The notes below the pieces were generated by a model. It had not been told where the DNA came from, did no database searches, and saw only the letters and a list, made by a program, of their open reading frames with translations. Made by a program: the position numbers and the translations under genes. Shown here one piece after another: positions 11,040-22,168 of a stretch of 64,000 nucleotides of DNA; the stretch's first letter is position 1, and each line of letters starts with the position of its first letter. The DNA comes from an uncultured Pelagibacteraceae bacterium (lineage in GTDB: Bacteria > Pseudomonadota > Alphaproteobacteria > Pelagibacterales > Pelagibacteraceae): NCBI GenBank assembly GCA_902608385.1, contig CACLNT010000007.1, positions 3,879 to 67,878 of the forward strand, written 5' to 3'.

Positions 11040-13108
11040 TGTCAGAGTTTTTTTTAGAACTTTTCAGTGAAGAAATTCCTGTAAATTTGCAAAAAAATAC
11101 TAGAGAAATACTTTTGCAAAATTTCAAAGATTTTTTTGAAAAAGAAAACATTGTTTTTTCTGAAAAAAATTTTTCTTTTTCCACGCCAAATAGAGTTTTA
11201 ATTTTATTTAATAGATTAAATAAAGAAGTAATTAAAAAATCAGAAGAAATAAGAGGCCCTAATATTAATGCTCCAGAAAAAGCTTTAGAAGGTTTTTTAA
11301 GATCTAACAATATAACGCAAGAAAAAATTTTTAATAAAAAAACAGATAAAGGAGAATTTTATTTTTATAAAAAACCAGAAGAAAAAACTAATACATTTGA
11401 TTTATTAGAAAAAAATATTCCACAAATAATTGATAAAATATCCTGGAAAAAATCAATGAAATGGGGCAATTTCGATCTTAGTTGGGGAAGACCATTAAAA
11501 TCAATATTAGCAATATTTGATAATAAAACCTTAGAATTCAATTATCATCATCTGAAAAGCTCCAATTCAACATATCTTGACAAAGAATTTGAAGACAAAA
11601 AGAAAACTTTTAAGAATTTTAAATCTTATAATAAATATTTTAAAAAATTAGGAATTATTATTGATCAAAATTTAAGAAAACAATTTATTGAAAAAAGACT
11701 TATAAAAAATACCAAAGTAAAAAACCTTTTTCTTGAAATTGATAATAAACTTTTAGATGTCGTTACTAATTTAGTTGAGTATCCAAATATTTTAATTTGT
11801 AAATTTGATCAAAAATTTTTGAATATACCAAAAGAAATATTAATTATTACGATGAAGCATCACCAAAAATATTTTCATACGTTTGATAAAAAAGGAAATA
11901 TTACCAATCAATTCATAGTTGTGGCAAATAATAAAGACTCAAAAGGTTTTATTAAATCTGGAAATGAAAGAGTTGTTGAAGCAAGATTAAGTGATGCTCA
12001 ATTTTTTTGGGAAAAAAATAAAGCACAAAATTTAGTTAAACAAATTACAAAACTAAAAATGGTGAATTATTTTAAAGGACTCGGTTCATATTTTGATAAA
12101 ACTCAAAGAATTAGAAAACTTGGAGGAGTTATTTCTGACGAATTATTGATAAGCAAGGAAAAAGTTGAAATATCAAGCTCTATTTGTAAAGTTGATTTAA
12201 CTTCTGATTTAGTTGGAGAGTTTCCTGAACTGCAAGGAATTATGGGAGGACATTTTGCAGAAGCGCAAGGGTTTGATAAAGATATTTCTTTAGCAGTTAG
12301 AGAACATTACTTGCCAGTTGGCTTAGATAGTTATACACCCAAAAAACCATTCAGTATTGCATTAGCTTTATCAGATAAGTTAGATACGTTAGTTGGATTT
12401 TTTGGAATTGATCAAAAACCAACAAGCTCAAAAGATCCTTATGCATTAAGAAGAGTAGCTCTTGGAATAATCAGATTGTTAATTGAAAATAATAAAAATT
12501 TTAAAATAAAAGATTTAATAAACTATTCAATAAAGCTTTATGAAGAGCAATCTTTTAAATTTACAAACAAATTAGTTGAAAAAGAATTAGCAGATTTTTT
12601 ATTGGAACGTTTAAAATATTATATGAAAGAAAAAAACATACGAACGGATATTATTGATGCCAGTTTAAATTCTTTTGACATTAATCAAATAACAAAAATA
12701 TATAAAAAATCTACTGTATTGAATAAATTAATAAACAAGGAAATTGGAAACAACATTATTTCAAGCTATAAGAGAGCATCAAATATTTTGAAACATGAAT
12801 CAAATTACAAAGAGTTAGAGATTTCTAATTCTGTAGACACTGTGCTTTTTAAAAATGAATATGAAAAAAATTTATATAAAAAAATACACGAATTAAGGAA
12901 ATATTTTACAAGCATAAACAAGGATGAAAATTTTGAACAGACTCTAAAAAATTTAGCAGAGTCAAAAAAAATTATTTACGAGTTTTTTGACAATGTTAAA
13001 GTAAATGACGAGGATAAAACAATTAAAAAAAATCGACTGGAACTTTTAAATATGTTGTGTAAAACTTTTGATAATTACATAATATTTTCAAAAATTGAGA
13101 GCATATAA
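11039..13108 (+). CDS. glyS: Glycine--tRNA ligase beta subunit
   Basis: Start taken at ATG 11039 (TAATG overlap with glyQ); ELFSEEIP, MKWG, EFPELQG.MG, SKDPYALRR, NRL.LL. Confidence 0.95.
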   Translation: MSEFFLELFSEEIPVNLQKNTREILLQNFKDFFEKENIVFSEKNFSFSTPNRVLILFNRLNKEVIKKSEEIRGPNINAPEKALEGFLRSNNITQEKIFNKKTDKGEFYFYKKPEEKTNTFDLLEKNIPQIIDKISWKKSMKWGNFDLSWGRPLKSILAIFDNKTLEFNYHHLKSSNSTYLDKEFEDKKKTFKNFKSYNKYFKKLGIIIDQNLRKQFIEKRLIKNTKVKNLFLEIDNKLLDVVTNLVEYPNILICKFDQKFLNIPKEILIITMKHHQKYFHTFDKKGNITNQFIVVANNKDSKGFIKSGNERVVEARLSDAQFFWEKNKAQNLVKQITKLKMVNYFKGLGSYFDKTQRIRKLGGVISDELLISKEKVEISSSICKVDLTSDLVGEFPELQGIMGGHFAEAQGFDKDISLAVREHYLPVGLDSYTPKKPFSIALALSDKLDTLVGFFGIDQKPTSSKDPYALRRVALGIIRLLIENNKNFKIKDLINYSIKLYEEQSFKFTNKLVEKELADFLLERLKYYMKEKNIRTDIIDASLNSFDINQITKIYKKSTVLNKLINKEIGNNIISSYKRASNILKHESNYKELEISNSVDTVLFKNEYEKNLYKKIHELRKYFTSINKDENFEQTLKNLAESKKIIYEFFDNVKVNDEDKTIKKNRLELLNMLCKTFDNYIIFSKIESI

Positions 13109-15771
13109 TGAAAAAATTAGTTTTTAATTTTAAATCAAAAGAATCTAAAAATTTTAAAAATCCTAAAATTTTTTTAGGGGGAAAAGGCTCTAATCTTACT
13201 GAGATGGGAAAAATAGGTCTTTCTGTTCCTCCTGGATTTACAATTTCTACAAAAGTATGTGATTTATTTTATAAAAATAAAAAAAAACTAAACTCAAAAA
13301 TAGTTAAAGATATTAAAAAAGAGCTTAAATTTATTGAAAAAGAGACTGGTAAAAAGTTTGGCGATTTGCAAAGCCCACTTTTAGTTTCCGTTAGATCGGG
13401 CGCAAGAGTTTCAATGCCTGGCATGATGGATACAATTTTAAATCTTGGTCTTAATGATAAAACTGTTTTAGCTTTAGCCAATAAAACTTCTAACATGAGG
13501 TTTGCGAAAGATAGTTATAGAAGATTTATTCAAATGTATAGCAATGTAGTTATGGGTATTAAAAGTTATCACTTTGAAGAGTTAATTGAAAATTATAAAC
13601 TTACCAAGGGAGTTTTATTAGATACCCAACTAGATGAAAATGACTGGGATGGATTAATAAATGATTTTAAAAGAATAGTTAAAGAAAAAACAAATAAACA
13701 ATTTCCTCAAAATGTCTTTGATCAATTATTTGGCTCTATTAGTGCAGTATTTTTATCTTGGGAAAGCAATAGGGCTAAAGTTTATAGAAAATTAAATCAA
13801 ATTCCTTCAGAATGGGGAACCGCAGTTAATGTTCAGTCTATGGTTTTTGGAAACATGGGAAATGACAGTGCAACTGGAGTAGTTTTTACAAGAAATCCAT
13901 CTGATGGTACAAATGAAATTTATGGTGAATATTTAGTTAATGCTCAAGGAGAGGATGTCGTAGCAGGAACAAGAACACCTCAACACATTGCTAAAAAGTC
14001 ACGGATCAATAGTAAGACAAAAGAAAAATCAATGGAAGAGTTTATGCCAAAACTCTTTAAACAATTAAAAAAAAATTTACTTATTTTAGAAAGACATTAC
14101 AAGGACATGCAAGATGTTGAATTTACGATAGAGAACAACAAACTTTGGATGTTGCAGACTCGATCTGGAAAAAGAACTGCTAAATCTTCTGTGAAAATTG
14201 CAGTAGATATGGTTAAGGAGAAATTAATTTCAAAAAAAGAAGCGATATTAAGGATAGATCCAAATTTATTAGATACTTTACTTCATCCAACACTTGATAA
14301 AAAAAGTTATATTAAAGTAATTGCTAAAGGTTTACCTGCATCTCCTGGAGCAGTAAGTGGAAAAGTTGTTTTCTCATCTAATGAAGCAGAAAGACTTAAT
14401 GGAATGATGCAAGATACTATTTTAGTAAGAGTTGAAACATCTCCAGAAGATATTCATGGCATGCATGCAGCAAAAGGAATTTTAACAGCAAGAGGTGGGA
14501 TGACAAGTCATGCCGCTGTTGTTGCAAGAGGCATGGGAAGACCATGCGTTTCAGGCTCTAGTGAAATTGATATTAATTATGGAAATAAAAATTTTAAAAC
14601 AAAAAATTTAGAGGTTAAAGAAGGTGATGTAATTACAATTGATGGTTCAACAGGTAGAATTATTTTAGGAGAAGTTCCAACAGTTAAACCTGAAATATCA
14701 GGAAATTTTTCTAAATTAATGGAATGGGTAGACAATTTTAGAAAATTAAAAGTAAGAACAAATTCCGAAACACCTTTGGATACAAAAACTGCAAGGGATT
14801 TTGGAGCAGAAGGCATAGGTTTATGCAGAACAGAACACATGTTTTTTGATGAGGAGAGAATTTTATCAGTTAGAGAAATGATTTTGTCAAAAACAAAAGA
14901 AGATAGAGATAAAGCTTTAGCAAAACTTTTACCGCATCAAAAAAAAGACTTTGTAGAAATATTTAAAATAATGAACGGTTTACCTGTTACAGTAAGACTT
15001 CTTGATCCACCTCTTCATGAATTTTTACCTAAAAACGAAAGCGAAATTCAAGACGTATCAAGTTCTCTAAAATTATCAGTTAAAGAAGTTCAGTCTAGAA
15101 TCGACGAATTACACGAGCACAATCCTATGCTTGGTCATAGAGGGTGCAGATTGGGAATTTCTTTTCCTGAAATATACGAAATGCAATGTAGGGCAATTTT
15201 TGAAGCACTAATTGAATGTAAAAAAAAGAAATATAAATCAATAATTCCAGAAATAATGATTCCATTAGTTTCAACAGAAGCTGAAATTAAAATTATGAAA
15301 GATTTAGTAACTCGAGTTGCCAATGAAACACAAAAAAAAAATAAAGTAAAAATTAATTATTTAGTTGGAACAATGATTGAACTGCCAAGAGCAGCATTAA
15401 AAGCAAAAGATATCGCAAAACACGCAGATTTTTTTAGTTTTGGAACAAATGATTTAACGCAAACAACATTTGGTATAAGCAGAGACGATTCGGGAAAATT
15501 TTTAAATGATTATATTGAGAATAAAATTTTTGAAATTGATCCATTTATTTCAATTGATAAAGTTGTTGGCGAATTAATAGAAATAGCTGCAATTAAAGGA
15601 AGAAAACAGAATAAAAAAATTAAATTAGGTATATGTGGAGAACATGGTGGTGATCCAAAAAGTATATATTTTTGTGCCAAAACAGGTTTAGACTATGTAT
15701 CTTGTTCGCCATATAGAGTTCCAGTTGCGAGGCTTGCTGCCGCACAAGCTCAAATTAATGGAAAAAATTAA
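13108..15771 (+). CDS. ppdK: Pyruvate, phosphate dikinase
   Basis: LGGKG, SVRSGARVSMPGMMDT, GGMTSHAAVVARG, GLCRTEHM, GICGEHGG. Confidence 0.97.
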   Translation: MKKLVFNFKSKESKNFKNPKIFLGGKGSNLTEMGKIGLSVPPGFTISTKVCDLFYKNKKKLNSKIVKDIKKELKFIEKETGKKFGDLQSPLLVSVRSGARVSMPGMMDTILNLGLNDKTVLALANKTSNMRFAKDSYRRFIQMYSNVVMGIKSYHFEELIENYKLTKGVLLDTQLDENDWDGLINDFKRIVKEKTNKQFPQNVFDQLFGSISAVFLSWESNRAKVYRKLNQIPSEWGTAVNVQSMVFGNMGNDSATGVVFTRNPSDGTNEIYGEYLVNAQGEDVVAGTRTPQHIAKKSRINSKTKEKSMEEFMPKLFKQLKKNLLILERHYKDMQDVEFTIENNKLWMLQTRSGKRTAKSSVKIAVDMVKEKLISKKEAILRIDPNLLDTLLHPTLDKKSYIKVIAKGLPASPGAVSGKVVFSSNEAERLNGMMQDTILVRVETSPEDIHGMHAAKGILTARGGMTSHAAVVARGMGRPCVSGSSEIDINYGNKNFKTKNLEVKEGDVITIDGSTGRIILGEVPTVKPEISGNFSKLMEWVDNFRKLKVRTNSETPLDTKTARDFGAEGIGLCRTEHMFFDEERILSVREMILSKTKEDRDKALAKLLPHQKKDFVEIFKIMNGLPVTVRLLDPPLHEFLPKNESEIQDVSSSLKLSVKEVQSRIDELHEHNPMLGHRGCRLGISFPEIYEMQCRAIFEALIECKKKKYKSIIPEIMIPLVSTEAEIKIMKDLVTRVANETQKKNKVKINYLVGTMIELPRAALKAKDIAKHADFFSFGTNDLTQTTFGISRDDSGKFLNDYIENKIFEIDPFISIDKVVGELIEIAAIKGRKQNKKIKLGICGEHGGDPKSIYFCAKTGLDYVSCSPYRVPVARLAAAQAQINGKN

Positions 15772-16601
15772 ATTTCTAATTTTAAATCTATAGCAGGAAC
15801 ACTATGCGTTATGCTTCCGATAGAAATTCTATCAACGCCTGTTGCAGCTATTTTTTTAATAGATTTTAAATTAATGTTTCCAGAGGCTTCAGTTGTGTAA
15901 TATTTTTTAGCTAATTTAACTCCAACTTTAAGGTTTTTAATGCTCATGTTGTCAAAAAGAATAGCGTTAAATTTTAAATCCAAGATTTTTTTTAATTGAT
16001 TGAGATTATCTACTTCAACTGTAATTTTTCTACCTTTTTTATTCTTAATTGCTAATGAAATTAAATTTTTTATATCTGAGCTTGCTATATGGTTATCTTT
16101 AATTAAATATTCATCACTAAGGTTGAATCTATGATTTATCCCTCCACCCAATTTAACAGCATATTTTTGAATTACTCTAAAATTTGGGATTGTTTTTCTG
16201 GTGCAGCAAATTTTACATTTTTTTCCGGCTTTTTTTACAAATTGATTTGTTGTAGTGGCTATTCCAGAAATATGAGAAAGAAAATTTAATGCAACTCTTT
16301 CACCTATTAAAATATTTTTTATATTTCCTTCTATGATTGCTATTAAATCTCCTTTTCTAATTACAGAACCTTCTTTTTTTTTCAATTGAATTTTAATTTT
16401 TTTATCTATCAGTTTAAAAGTTTGAATAGCAAACTTTAATCCAGCAATAACTCCGTTCTGATTAGAAACTAATCTTGCTCTTTTTGTTATATTGTTTTTT
16501 ATAAGATTTGACGTGATATCACCAGAAGGATAGAGATCTTCATTTAATGCTAGTTTGCAAGTATTTCTTATAAAGTTATTGCTTAAAATTATTTTTGACA
16601 C
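15768..16601 (-). CDS. nadC: Quinolinate phosphoribosyltransferase
   Basis: GDIT, ERVALN, TRKT, HRFNLSD..IKDNH, EASG, ISIGSITHS. Confidence 0.95.
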   Translation of the reverse strand: MSKIILSNNFIRNTCKLALNEDLYPSGDITSNLIKNNITKRARLVSNQNGVIAGLKFAIQTFKLIDKKIKIQLKKKEGSVIRKGDLIAIIEGNIKNILIGERVALNFLSHISGIATTTNQFVKKAGKKCKICCTRKTIPNFRVIQKYAVKLGGGINHRFNLSDEYLIKDNHIASSDIKNLISLAIKNKKGRKITVEVDNLNQLKKILDLKFNAILFDNMSIKNLKVGVKLAKKYYTTEASGNINLKSIKKIAATGVDRISIGSITHSVPAIDLKLEI

Positions 16602-16606
16602 TGATG

Positions 16607-17590
16607 TTATCTGCCAATCGTAGTCATTCTTTGAACAGATTTTCTTGCCATTGCAGCAATATTGTGACTAATTTTAATTTCGTTACTTTCATTTTTTAAG
16701 CAGTCGTAGATTTTTTGAAGAGTAATTTTATTCATATATGGACAAAGATTGCATGGTTTTATGAATTTGACATTTGGATTTTCTATTTGAACATTATCAC
16801 TCATGGTACATTCAGTTACCAACAATACTTTTTTTGGTTGGTTTTTTTTTACATATTCTGACATATTTGATGTAGAGCCAGCAAAATCGGACGCACTTAT
16901 AACATCAGGAGGACACTCCGGATGAGCAATAATTTTTATATCTGGGTTTTCTTTTCTAATATCTTCAATTTCTTTTGCTGTAAATTTTTCATGAACAATA
17001 CAAGTGCCTTGCCATGATATGATTTTAACTTTCGTATTTTTTTGAACATAATTTGCTAAATAGTAGTCTGGAAGAAAAATTACCTTCTCGACACCAAGCG
17101 ACTCGACTACTTTTACCGCGTTTGCAGACGTACAGCATATATCCGTTTCAGCTTTGACTTCCGCCGATGTATTTACATAAGAGACCACAGGCACTCCTGG
17201 ATATTTTTCTTTAAGCATTCTAACATCTTCTCCTGTTATCGATGATGCTAAAGAACATCCGGCACTCATGTCTGGTATTAAAACTTTTTTTTCAGGATTC
17301 ATTAATTTTGCAGTTTCTGCCATAAAGTGTACTCCACAAAGAACAATTATATCGGCCGTTGTTTTTGATGCTTCTACAGCCAAAGCAAGAGAGTCTGCAG
17401 AAATATCAGCGACACCATGATAAATTTCTGGAGTTTGATAATTGTGAGCAAGTATAACTGCATTTTTATCTTTTTTTAATTTATTAATTTTTTCTATTAA
17501 TGGTGCGTGAACTTTCCATTCAATTTCAGGGACAACAGATGATATTTTTTTATAAATATCGCTTAAAGTGTTTTTTTGTGAACTTTGCAT
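16607..17590 (-). CDS. nadA: Quinolinate synthase
   Basis: LAHNYQ, CGVHFMAE, AGCSLA, YVNTSA, HPEC, CPYM; ATG at 17590 preferred over the track's 17611 start. Confidence 0.95.
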   Translation of the reverse strand: MQSSQKNTLSDIYKKISSVVPEIEWKVHAPLIEKINKLKKDKNAVILAHNYQTPEIYHGVADISADSLALAVEASKTTADIIVLCGVHFMAETAKLMNPEKKVLIPDMSAGCSLASSITGEDVRMLKEKYPGVPVVSYVNTSAEVKAETDICCTSANAVKVVESLGVEKVIFLPDYYLANYVQKNTKVKIISWQGTCIVHEKFTAKEIEDIRKENPDIKIIAHPECPPDVISASDFAGSTSNMSEYVKKNQPKKVLLVTECTMSDNVQIENPNVKFIKPCNLCPYMNKITLQKIYDCLKNESNEIKISHNIAAMARKSVQRMTTIGR

Positions 17591-17654
17591 TGTTGTAAAA
17601 TAATTTACCAACTTGAAGTGAAGTTGTCATTAATTTAATCTGACGCAGATAGAA

Positions 17655-19127
17655 TTAAGTGCCACAAAAAGTCTGGTATTTTTTTTCAGATAGGACTGGG
17701 AACTGATAATTACTGGTTTTGGTTTGTTTTTCGTAAGGTTTTTCCAAAACTTTGAGAAAATCATTAAAAGGATTTAGATCTCCATTATTGGCCTCTTTTA
17801 GAACTTCTTCCACTTTGTGATTTCGAGCAATAACGAGAGGGTTTACTGAACGCATTAATTTTAAAGATTTTTCTTGAGAATTGTTGTGTAGTTTCAAGCG
17901 TTCCTGCCATTGTTGTTTCCAACTAACAAACCCTTGATTTTGGTAAATTTTATTTTCTTGAATATTTTCATTCATTAAAAAACAAAAAGTATTTGTATAA
18001 TCAGCTTTGTTTTGATGCATCCATGATAACAAATCTATAATTAAATATTCATCTTTTGAGTTATCTCCTAATAAACCTAATTTTTTATGCATCATTTCAA
18101 ACCAACTTTTTTTATATTTTTCAGCAAAAGTGTTTATAACTTCAGTTGCCATTTCAATTGCTTTATCTTTATTGTCATCAATTAAAGGAATTAGAGATTC
18201 CGCAAATCTTTCTAAATTCCATCTAGCAATACTAGGCTGATTAAAATAAGCATAACGTCCATGGTGATCTATTGAACTAAATACAGTTTCTGGATCGTAT
18301 GCATCCATGAAAGCACAAGGTCCATAATCAATTGTTTCACCTGATATAGTCATGTTATCAGTATTCATCACTCCATGAATAAAACCGACTCTCATCCAAT
18401 CAGTAATTAGTAGGATTTGTTTTTCTGTAACAATTTTTAGCAATTCAATTGCTGGATTTTTGGAATTTTTAATATGTGGATAGTGACGTTCAATAGTATA
18501 ATCAAAAAAAGTTTTTAAGTCATTTTTATCTTTAGAAATAATAGTGAACTGAAATGTTCCAACACGAATATGACTTGAAGCGACACGAGTTAATACTGCA
18601 CCTTGCAAAGGAGTTTCACGCATTACAGTTTCTCCAGTTTTAACAACAGCTAAACTTCTTGTTGTTGGAATTCCAAGATTATGCATAGCTTCACTAATAA
18701 TATATTCTCTTAACATTGGTCCTAAAGCAGCTCTTCCATCGCCATTTCTTGAATAAGGAGTTTTACCAGATCCTTTAAATTGAATATCAAAACGTTTATT
18801 ATTTTTTGAAATATGTTCACCAACAACAATTGCTCGTCCATCACCCAGCATAGTAAAGTGTCCGAATTGATGACCTGCATAAGCCTGTGCAATTGTATTT
18901 GATCCTTTTGGTAATAAATTTCCTGAAAAAGTTAAAGCCAGATCTTCATTGCTTGTATTGGAAAAATCTAATCTCATTTCTTTTGACAAAGCATGATTAA
19001 AAATAACAACCTTGGGTGCCTTTACTGGTGTTGGACCCAACTTTGAAAACATACTATCTGGCAATTTTGTGTAAGTGTTGTCAAATTGCCAACCAACTTT
19101 ATCAATATGTGAATGTTGTTTATTCAT
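17655..19127 (-). CDS. selO: Protein adenylyltransferase SelO (YdiU family)
   Basis: YAGHQFG..LGDGRA, KGSGKTPYSRNGDGRA, HGVMNTDN, IDYGP, C-terminal TFCGT. Confidence 0.93.
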   Translation of the reverse strand: MNKQHSHIDKVGWQFDNTYTKLPDSMFSKLGPTPVKAPKVVIFNHALSKEMRLDFSNTSNEDLALTFSGNLLPKGSNTIAQAYAGHQFGHFTMLGDGRAIVVGEHISKNNKRFDIQFKGSGKTPYSRNGDGRAALGPMLREYIISEAMHNLGIPTTRSLAVVKTGETVMRETPLQGAVLTRVASSHIRVGTFQFTIISKDKNDLKTFFDYTIERHYPHIKNSKNPAIELLKIVTEKQILLITDWMRVGFIHGVMNTDNMTISGETIDYGPCAFMDAYDPETVFSSIDHHGRYAYFNQPSIARWNLERFAESLIPLIDDNKDKAIEMATEVINTFAEKYKKSWFEMMHKKLGLLGDNSKDEYLIIDLLSWMHQNKADYTNTFCFLMNENIQENKIYQNQGFVSWKQQWQERLKLHNNSQEKSLKLMRSVNPLVIARNHKVEEVLKEANNGDLNPFNDFLKVLEKPYEKQTKTSNYQFPVLSEKKYQTFCGT

Positions 19128-19140
19128 TAAAATTTTTTTT

Positions 19141-19400
19141 AGGGGCGTTCTGTTGCCAGGTGCCCCAAACCCCGTTTACCTAATTAACAAAGTTAATTAA
19201 GCAGCAAGTGCGTAACTTTCGTTAGCATTTATAATTAGCCCATTACGGCGGAACAATACCGAACGAAAGAACAACTTTTAGACACTCGTCGATTCTGGTT
19301 CACCCCCGCAAGTTGAAAATGGTGGAGGTGGTGGGTACTGCCCCCACGTCCGCAATGCTTATTACGAAATTCGTTTATCGTCGTAGTTGGAAAACCAACA
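19141..19400 (-). ncRNA. ssrA: Two-piece (circularly permuted) tmRNA
   Basis: On the minus strand: acceptor piece ending CACCTCCACCA at 19320, 12-nt spacer, coding piece starting GGGGGTG at 19307 (G3.U70 pair), tag frame ANESYALAA* at 19226-19197, and a 3' GGGGCACCTGGCAACAGAACGCCCC element. Outer ends are approximate. Confidence 0.93.
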
Positions 19401-19404
19401 TGAT

Positions 19405-19434
19405 ATAATATAAAGATTGGTAGATTTGATTCAA
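19405..19434 (-). promoter_or_regulatory. Putative sigma70 promoter of ssrA
   Basis: Minus strand TTGAAT (19434-19429) then TATATT or TATTAT at 16-18 nt spacing, just upstream of the acceptor piece. Confidence 0.5.
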
Positions 19435-19466
19435 TCCTTTTTTAAAATATTTTTTAAATATATAAA

Positions 19467-21224
19467 ATGAATATAACAAAAGATCGTAATAAAATAATAT
19501 TAACTTTTTATTCTTTATATTTTTTATCACTAAGCACTTTTCAAGCTACAACTCAGCATTGGAGCACCATAACAGATCAGGATATTTATGTGATATATAA
19601 TTCTTTGTTAATAGCCTCAGGTTTCGAGCAAGAATATGTAGATCATCCAGCATTTACAACTTTTTTTTTTTTAGGATTTATTTTTAAAATATTTTCATTT
19701 TTTTTTGATAATTTTACAATTCAGGAAATTTTATTATCAAAAGATATAGATAAAAACTTACAAAATTTGTTTTTTATAGCAAGAATACTTAATAGCATTT
19801 ATTTTTGTTTTTTAATTTTTGTTTTTATTAAAATTTTGGAACTATTAAGAATAAGGAGGGAAATTTGTATCTTATCTTTATCAAGTATTTTATTATTTTC
19901 TGGTGCTTATGAACTACTTTTTTTAGTTAGATCAGAAATTTTATCAATATTGTTAGCATTAACAGCTTTTTACTTCTTGCTTAAATTTATTAACAATAAA
20001 AAAAAATTATACAATTGTTTATTATCTGGATTTTTCTTTTGTTTGGCGATGTTAGCAAAAATTCAAGTTATTTTTTTAATATTTGTTTTTTTTTTAATTT
20101 TACCTTTTTTATTTAAATACTTTGAGTGTGAAATTAATAAAAATTATTTAATTAATGATAAAAAATACTATCAAGTGAGTTTGTCTATATTATTTATAAT
20201 TTTTATAGGATATTTAATTTTTGAATTTTTTTTTGCAGTACCATTATTAATTGACTATGTTGATCCTATAATATCTCTACCTCATTATATTGATGTAATT
20301 CTTATTACTTTATCCATTTTTTTTTACTCATTGCTTCTTATATTTTTATCCAAAAAAAAATATATAAATTTTTGTGAAATAACCTCCACAATTTTTACAA
20401 TTATAATTGGTTTTGTATTTTGCTTATTATTATTTTTATTATTAGATTTAATTAATCTTATTAAATTCAACAAAACAAATATTTTATTGTTAATAAATCC
20501 TATTCACTTTATGTCACAATATGCTTCACAACTATATGATCCTAGTGCAATAAAAGAATATGATTTAAAAGAAACAGTAGTTAACTTCCATGCATTAATT
20601 AAAGACAGTTTTTATAATGTTCAAAGGTTGCCCGATCAAAAATATACAATTGATATTGGAGGCAATCCAACCAGTATTACTGATTTGTTTGGATTTAAGT
20701 TTATTTTGATTTCATCTTTTTTAATTTTATTTTTTATTTTAAATAATAATAATACAAATATATTAATTTTATTATTTTTACTGTTAGTTGGTATATCTGT
20801 CACAACATTTTCATTTGCTTTTAGATATGGTCTTAGATACGATTTTTATCTTTATCCTTTTTTTATAATTTTAGTATCATTAGCATTAAATCAATTTAGA
20901 AAAAAAAATGTAATTTTGGTGTTTTTTCTAATATTTACTTGTTTTTTTTCAGAGCTTTTTTTATTTAAAGATAGATATAAAAGTCTATTTAAAAGAGAAA
21001 ATAGAATTTATTTTTTATGCAATGAAGAAAATTCTAAAGAATATATTGAAAAGACAAATCAACTCTTGCATGCTTCATTATTTAATTCATTTTTAACCCA
21101 ATTTACTAAATTTGATAATGAATTTGTGTTAAATTATTGCAGTCAAATGAAGATGAAACTAAGTTGGAAAACCAACATTAATAATATAAAATCTAAAACT
21201 ATAGATTCAATAAATAAATCATGA
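19467..21224 (+). CDS. Polytopic membrane protein, probable GT-C (ArnT/PMT-like) glycosyltransferase
   Basis: More than 10 hydrophobic segments, acidic first loop DQD...YVDHPA, RSE and LAMLAK motifs typical of GT-C enzymes; very AT-rich. Confidence 0.55.
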   Translation: MNITKDRNKIILTFYSLYFLSLSTFQATTQHWSTITDQDIYVIYNSLLIASGFEQEYVDHPAFTTFFFLGFIFKIFSFFFDNFTIQEILLSKDIDKNLQNLFFIARILNSIYFCFLIFVFIKILELLRIRREICILSLSSILLFSGAYELLFLVRSEILSILLALTAFYFLLKFINNKKKLYNCLLSGFFFCLAMLAKIQVIFLIFVFFLILPFLFKYFECEINKNYLINDKKYYQVSLSILFIIFIGYLIFEFFFAVPLLIDYVDPIISLPHYIDVILITLSIFFYSLLLIFLSKKKYINFCEITSTIFTIIIGFVFCLLLFLLLDLINLIKFNKTNILLLINPIHFMSQYASQLYDPSAIKEYDLKETVVNFHALIKDSFYNVQRLPDQKYTIDIGGNPTSITDLFGFKFILISSFLILFFILNNNNTNILILLFLLLVGISVTTFSFAFRYGLRYDFYLYPFFIILVSLALNQFRKKNVILVFFLIFTCFFSELFLFKDRYKSLFKRENRIYFLCNEENSKEYIEKTNQLLHASLFNSFLTQFTKFDNEFVLNYCSQMKMKLSWKTNINNIKSKTIDSINKS

Positions 21225-22168
21225 AATTAACTAAAGAGCAGGCACAAGAAATAAAAGATCAACAATCTCAAGAAAATGAGACCAAAAGAGTAACAGCGCC
21301 AGAACTTGAAAAAATCCTTTATGAGGCAATGCCTGTACTTGATCATGGTTTTATTAGAGTAATTGATTACATGGGAGATGACACATCCATCGTTCAATCG
21401 GCAAGAGTTTCTTATGGAAAAGGAACTAAGAAAGTATCTACAGATAGCGGTTTAATAAAATATTTGATGCGTCATTGGCACAGCACTCCTTTTGAGATGT
21501 GTGAAATAAAATATCATGTAAAGCTTCCAATATTTATTGCTCGTCAATGGATCAGACATAGAACTGCAAATGTAAATGAATATTCAGCAAGATATTCTAT
21601 TTTAGATAAAGAATTTTATTTACCTTCCTCAGAAAATCTTGCAGCTCAATCTAAAAGCAACAGACAAGGAAGAGGAGAAGTACTTGAAGGTAATCAAGCT
21701 AAAGAGGTTTTAGATTTATTAAAACAAGATGCCGAAAAAACTTATAATGATTATGAAATGATGCTTAATGAGCGATTTGACGGAACAACAATAGATGAAA
21801 ATAAAAAAGGCTTAGCAAGGGAATTGGCAAGAATGAATTTAACTTTAAATACATATACACAGTGGTACTGGAAAACAGATTTATTAAACTTAATGAATTT
21901 TTTAAGATTAAGAGCCGATAGTCATGCGCAATATGAAATAAGAGCATATGCAGATGTCATGTTGGATACTTTAAAAAAATGGGTACCAACTACATATGAA
22001 GCTTTTATGGATTATAGAGTTGGAGGAACAGAAGTTTCAGCAAAAGGAAAATTGATAATTCAAAAATTAATAAAAGGTGAAAAAGTCGATGCTGAAGACT
22101 CAGATTTATCTAAAAGAGAGTGGAATGAATTGATGAATGCTTTTAATCTTAAAGATAAGTTGATTTAA
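21221..22168 (+). CDS. thyX: FAD-dependent thymidylate synthase
   Basis: [40 protein letters not shown]. Confidence 0.96.
   Translation: MKLTKEQAQEIKDQQSQENETKRVTAPELEKILYEAMPVLDHGFIRVIDYMGDDTSIVQSARVSYGKGTKKVSTDSGLIKYLMRHWHSTPFEMCEIKYHVKLPIFIARQWIRHRTANVNEYSARYSILDKEFYLPSSENLAAQSKSNRQGRGEVLEGNQAKEVLDLLKQDAEKTYNDYEMMLNERFDGTTIDENKKGLARELARMNLTLNTYTQWYWKTDLLNLMNFLRLRADSHAQYEIRAYADVMLDTLKKWVPTTYEAFMDYRVGGTEVSAKGKLIIQKLIKGEKVDAEDSDLSKREWNELMNAFNLKDKLI

Noticed and set aside
21221-22168. thyX as a phage-derived gene
   Set aside because: It lies among housekeeping genes (mrp, hflKC) with no phage genes nearby.
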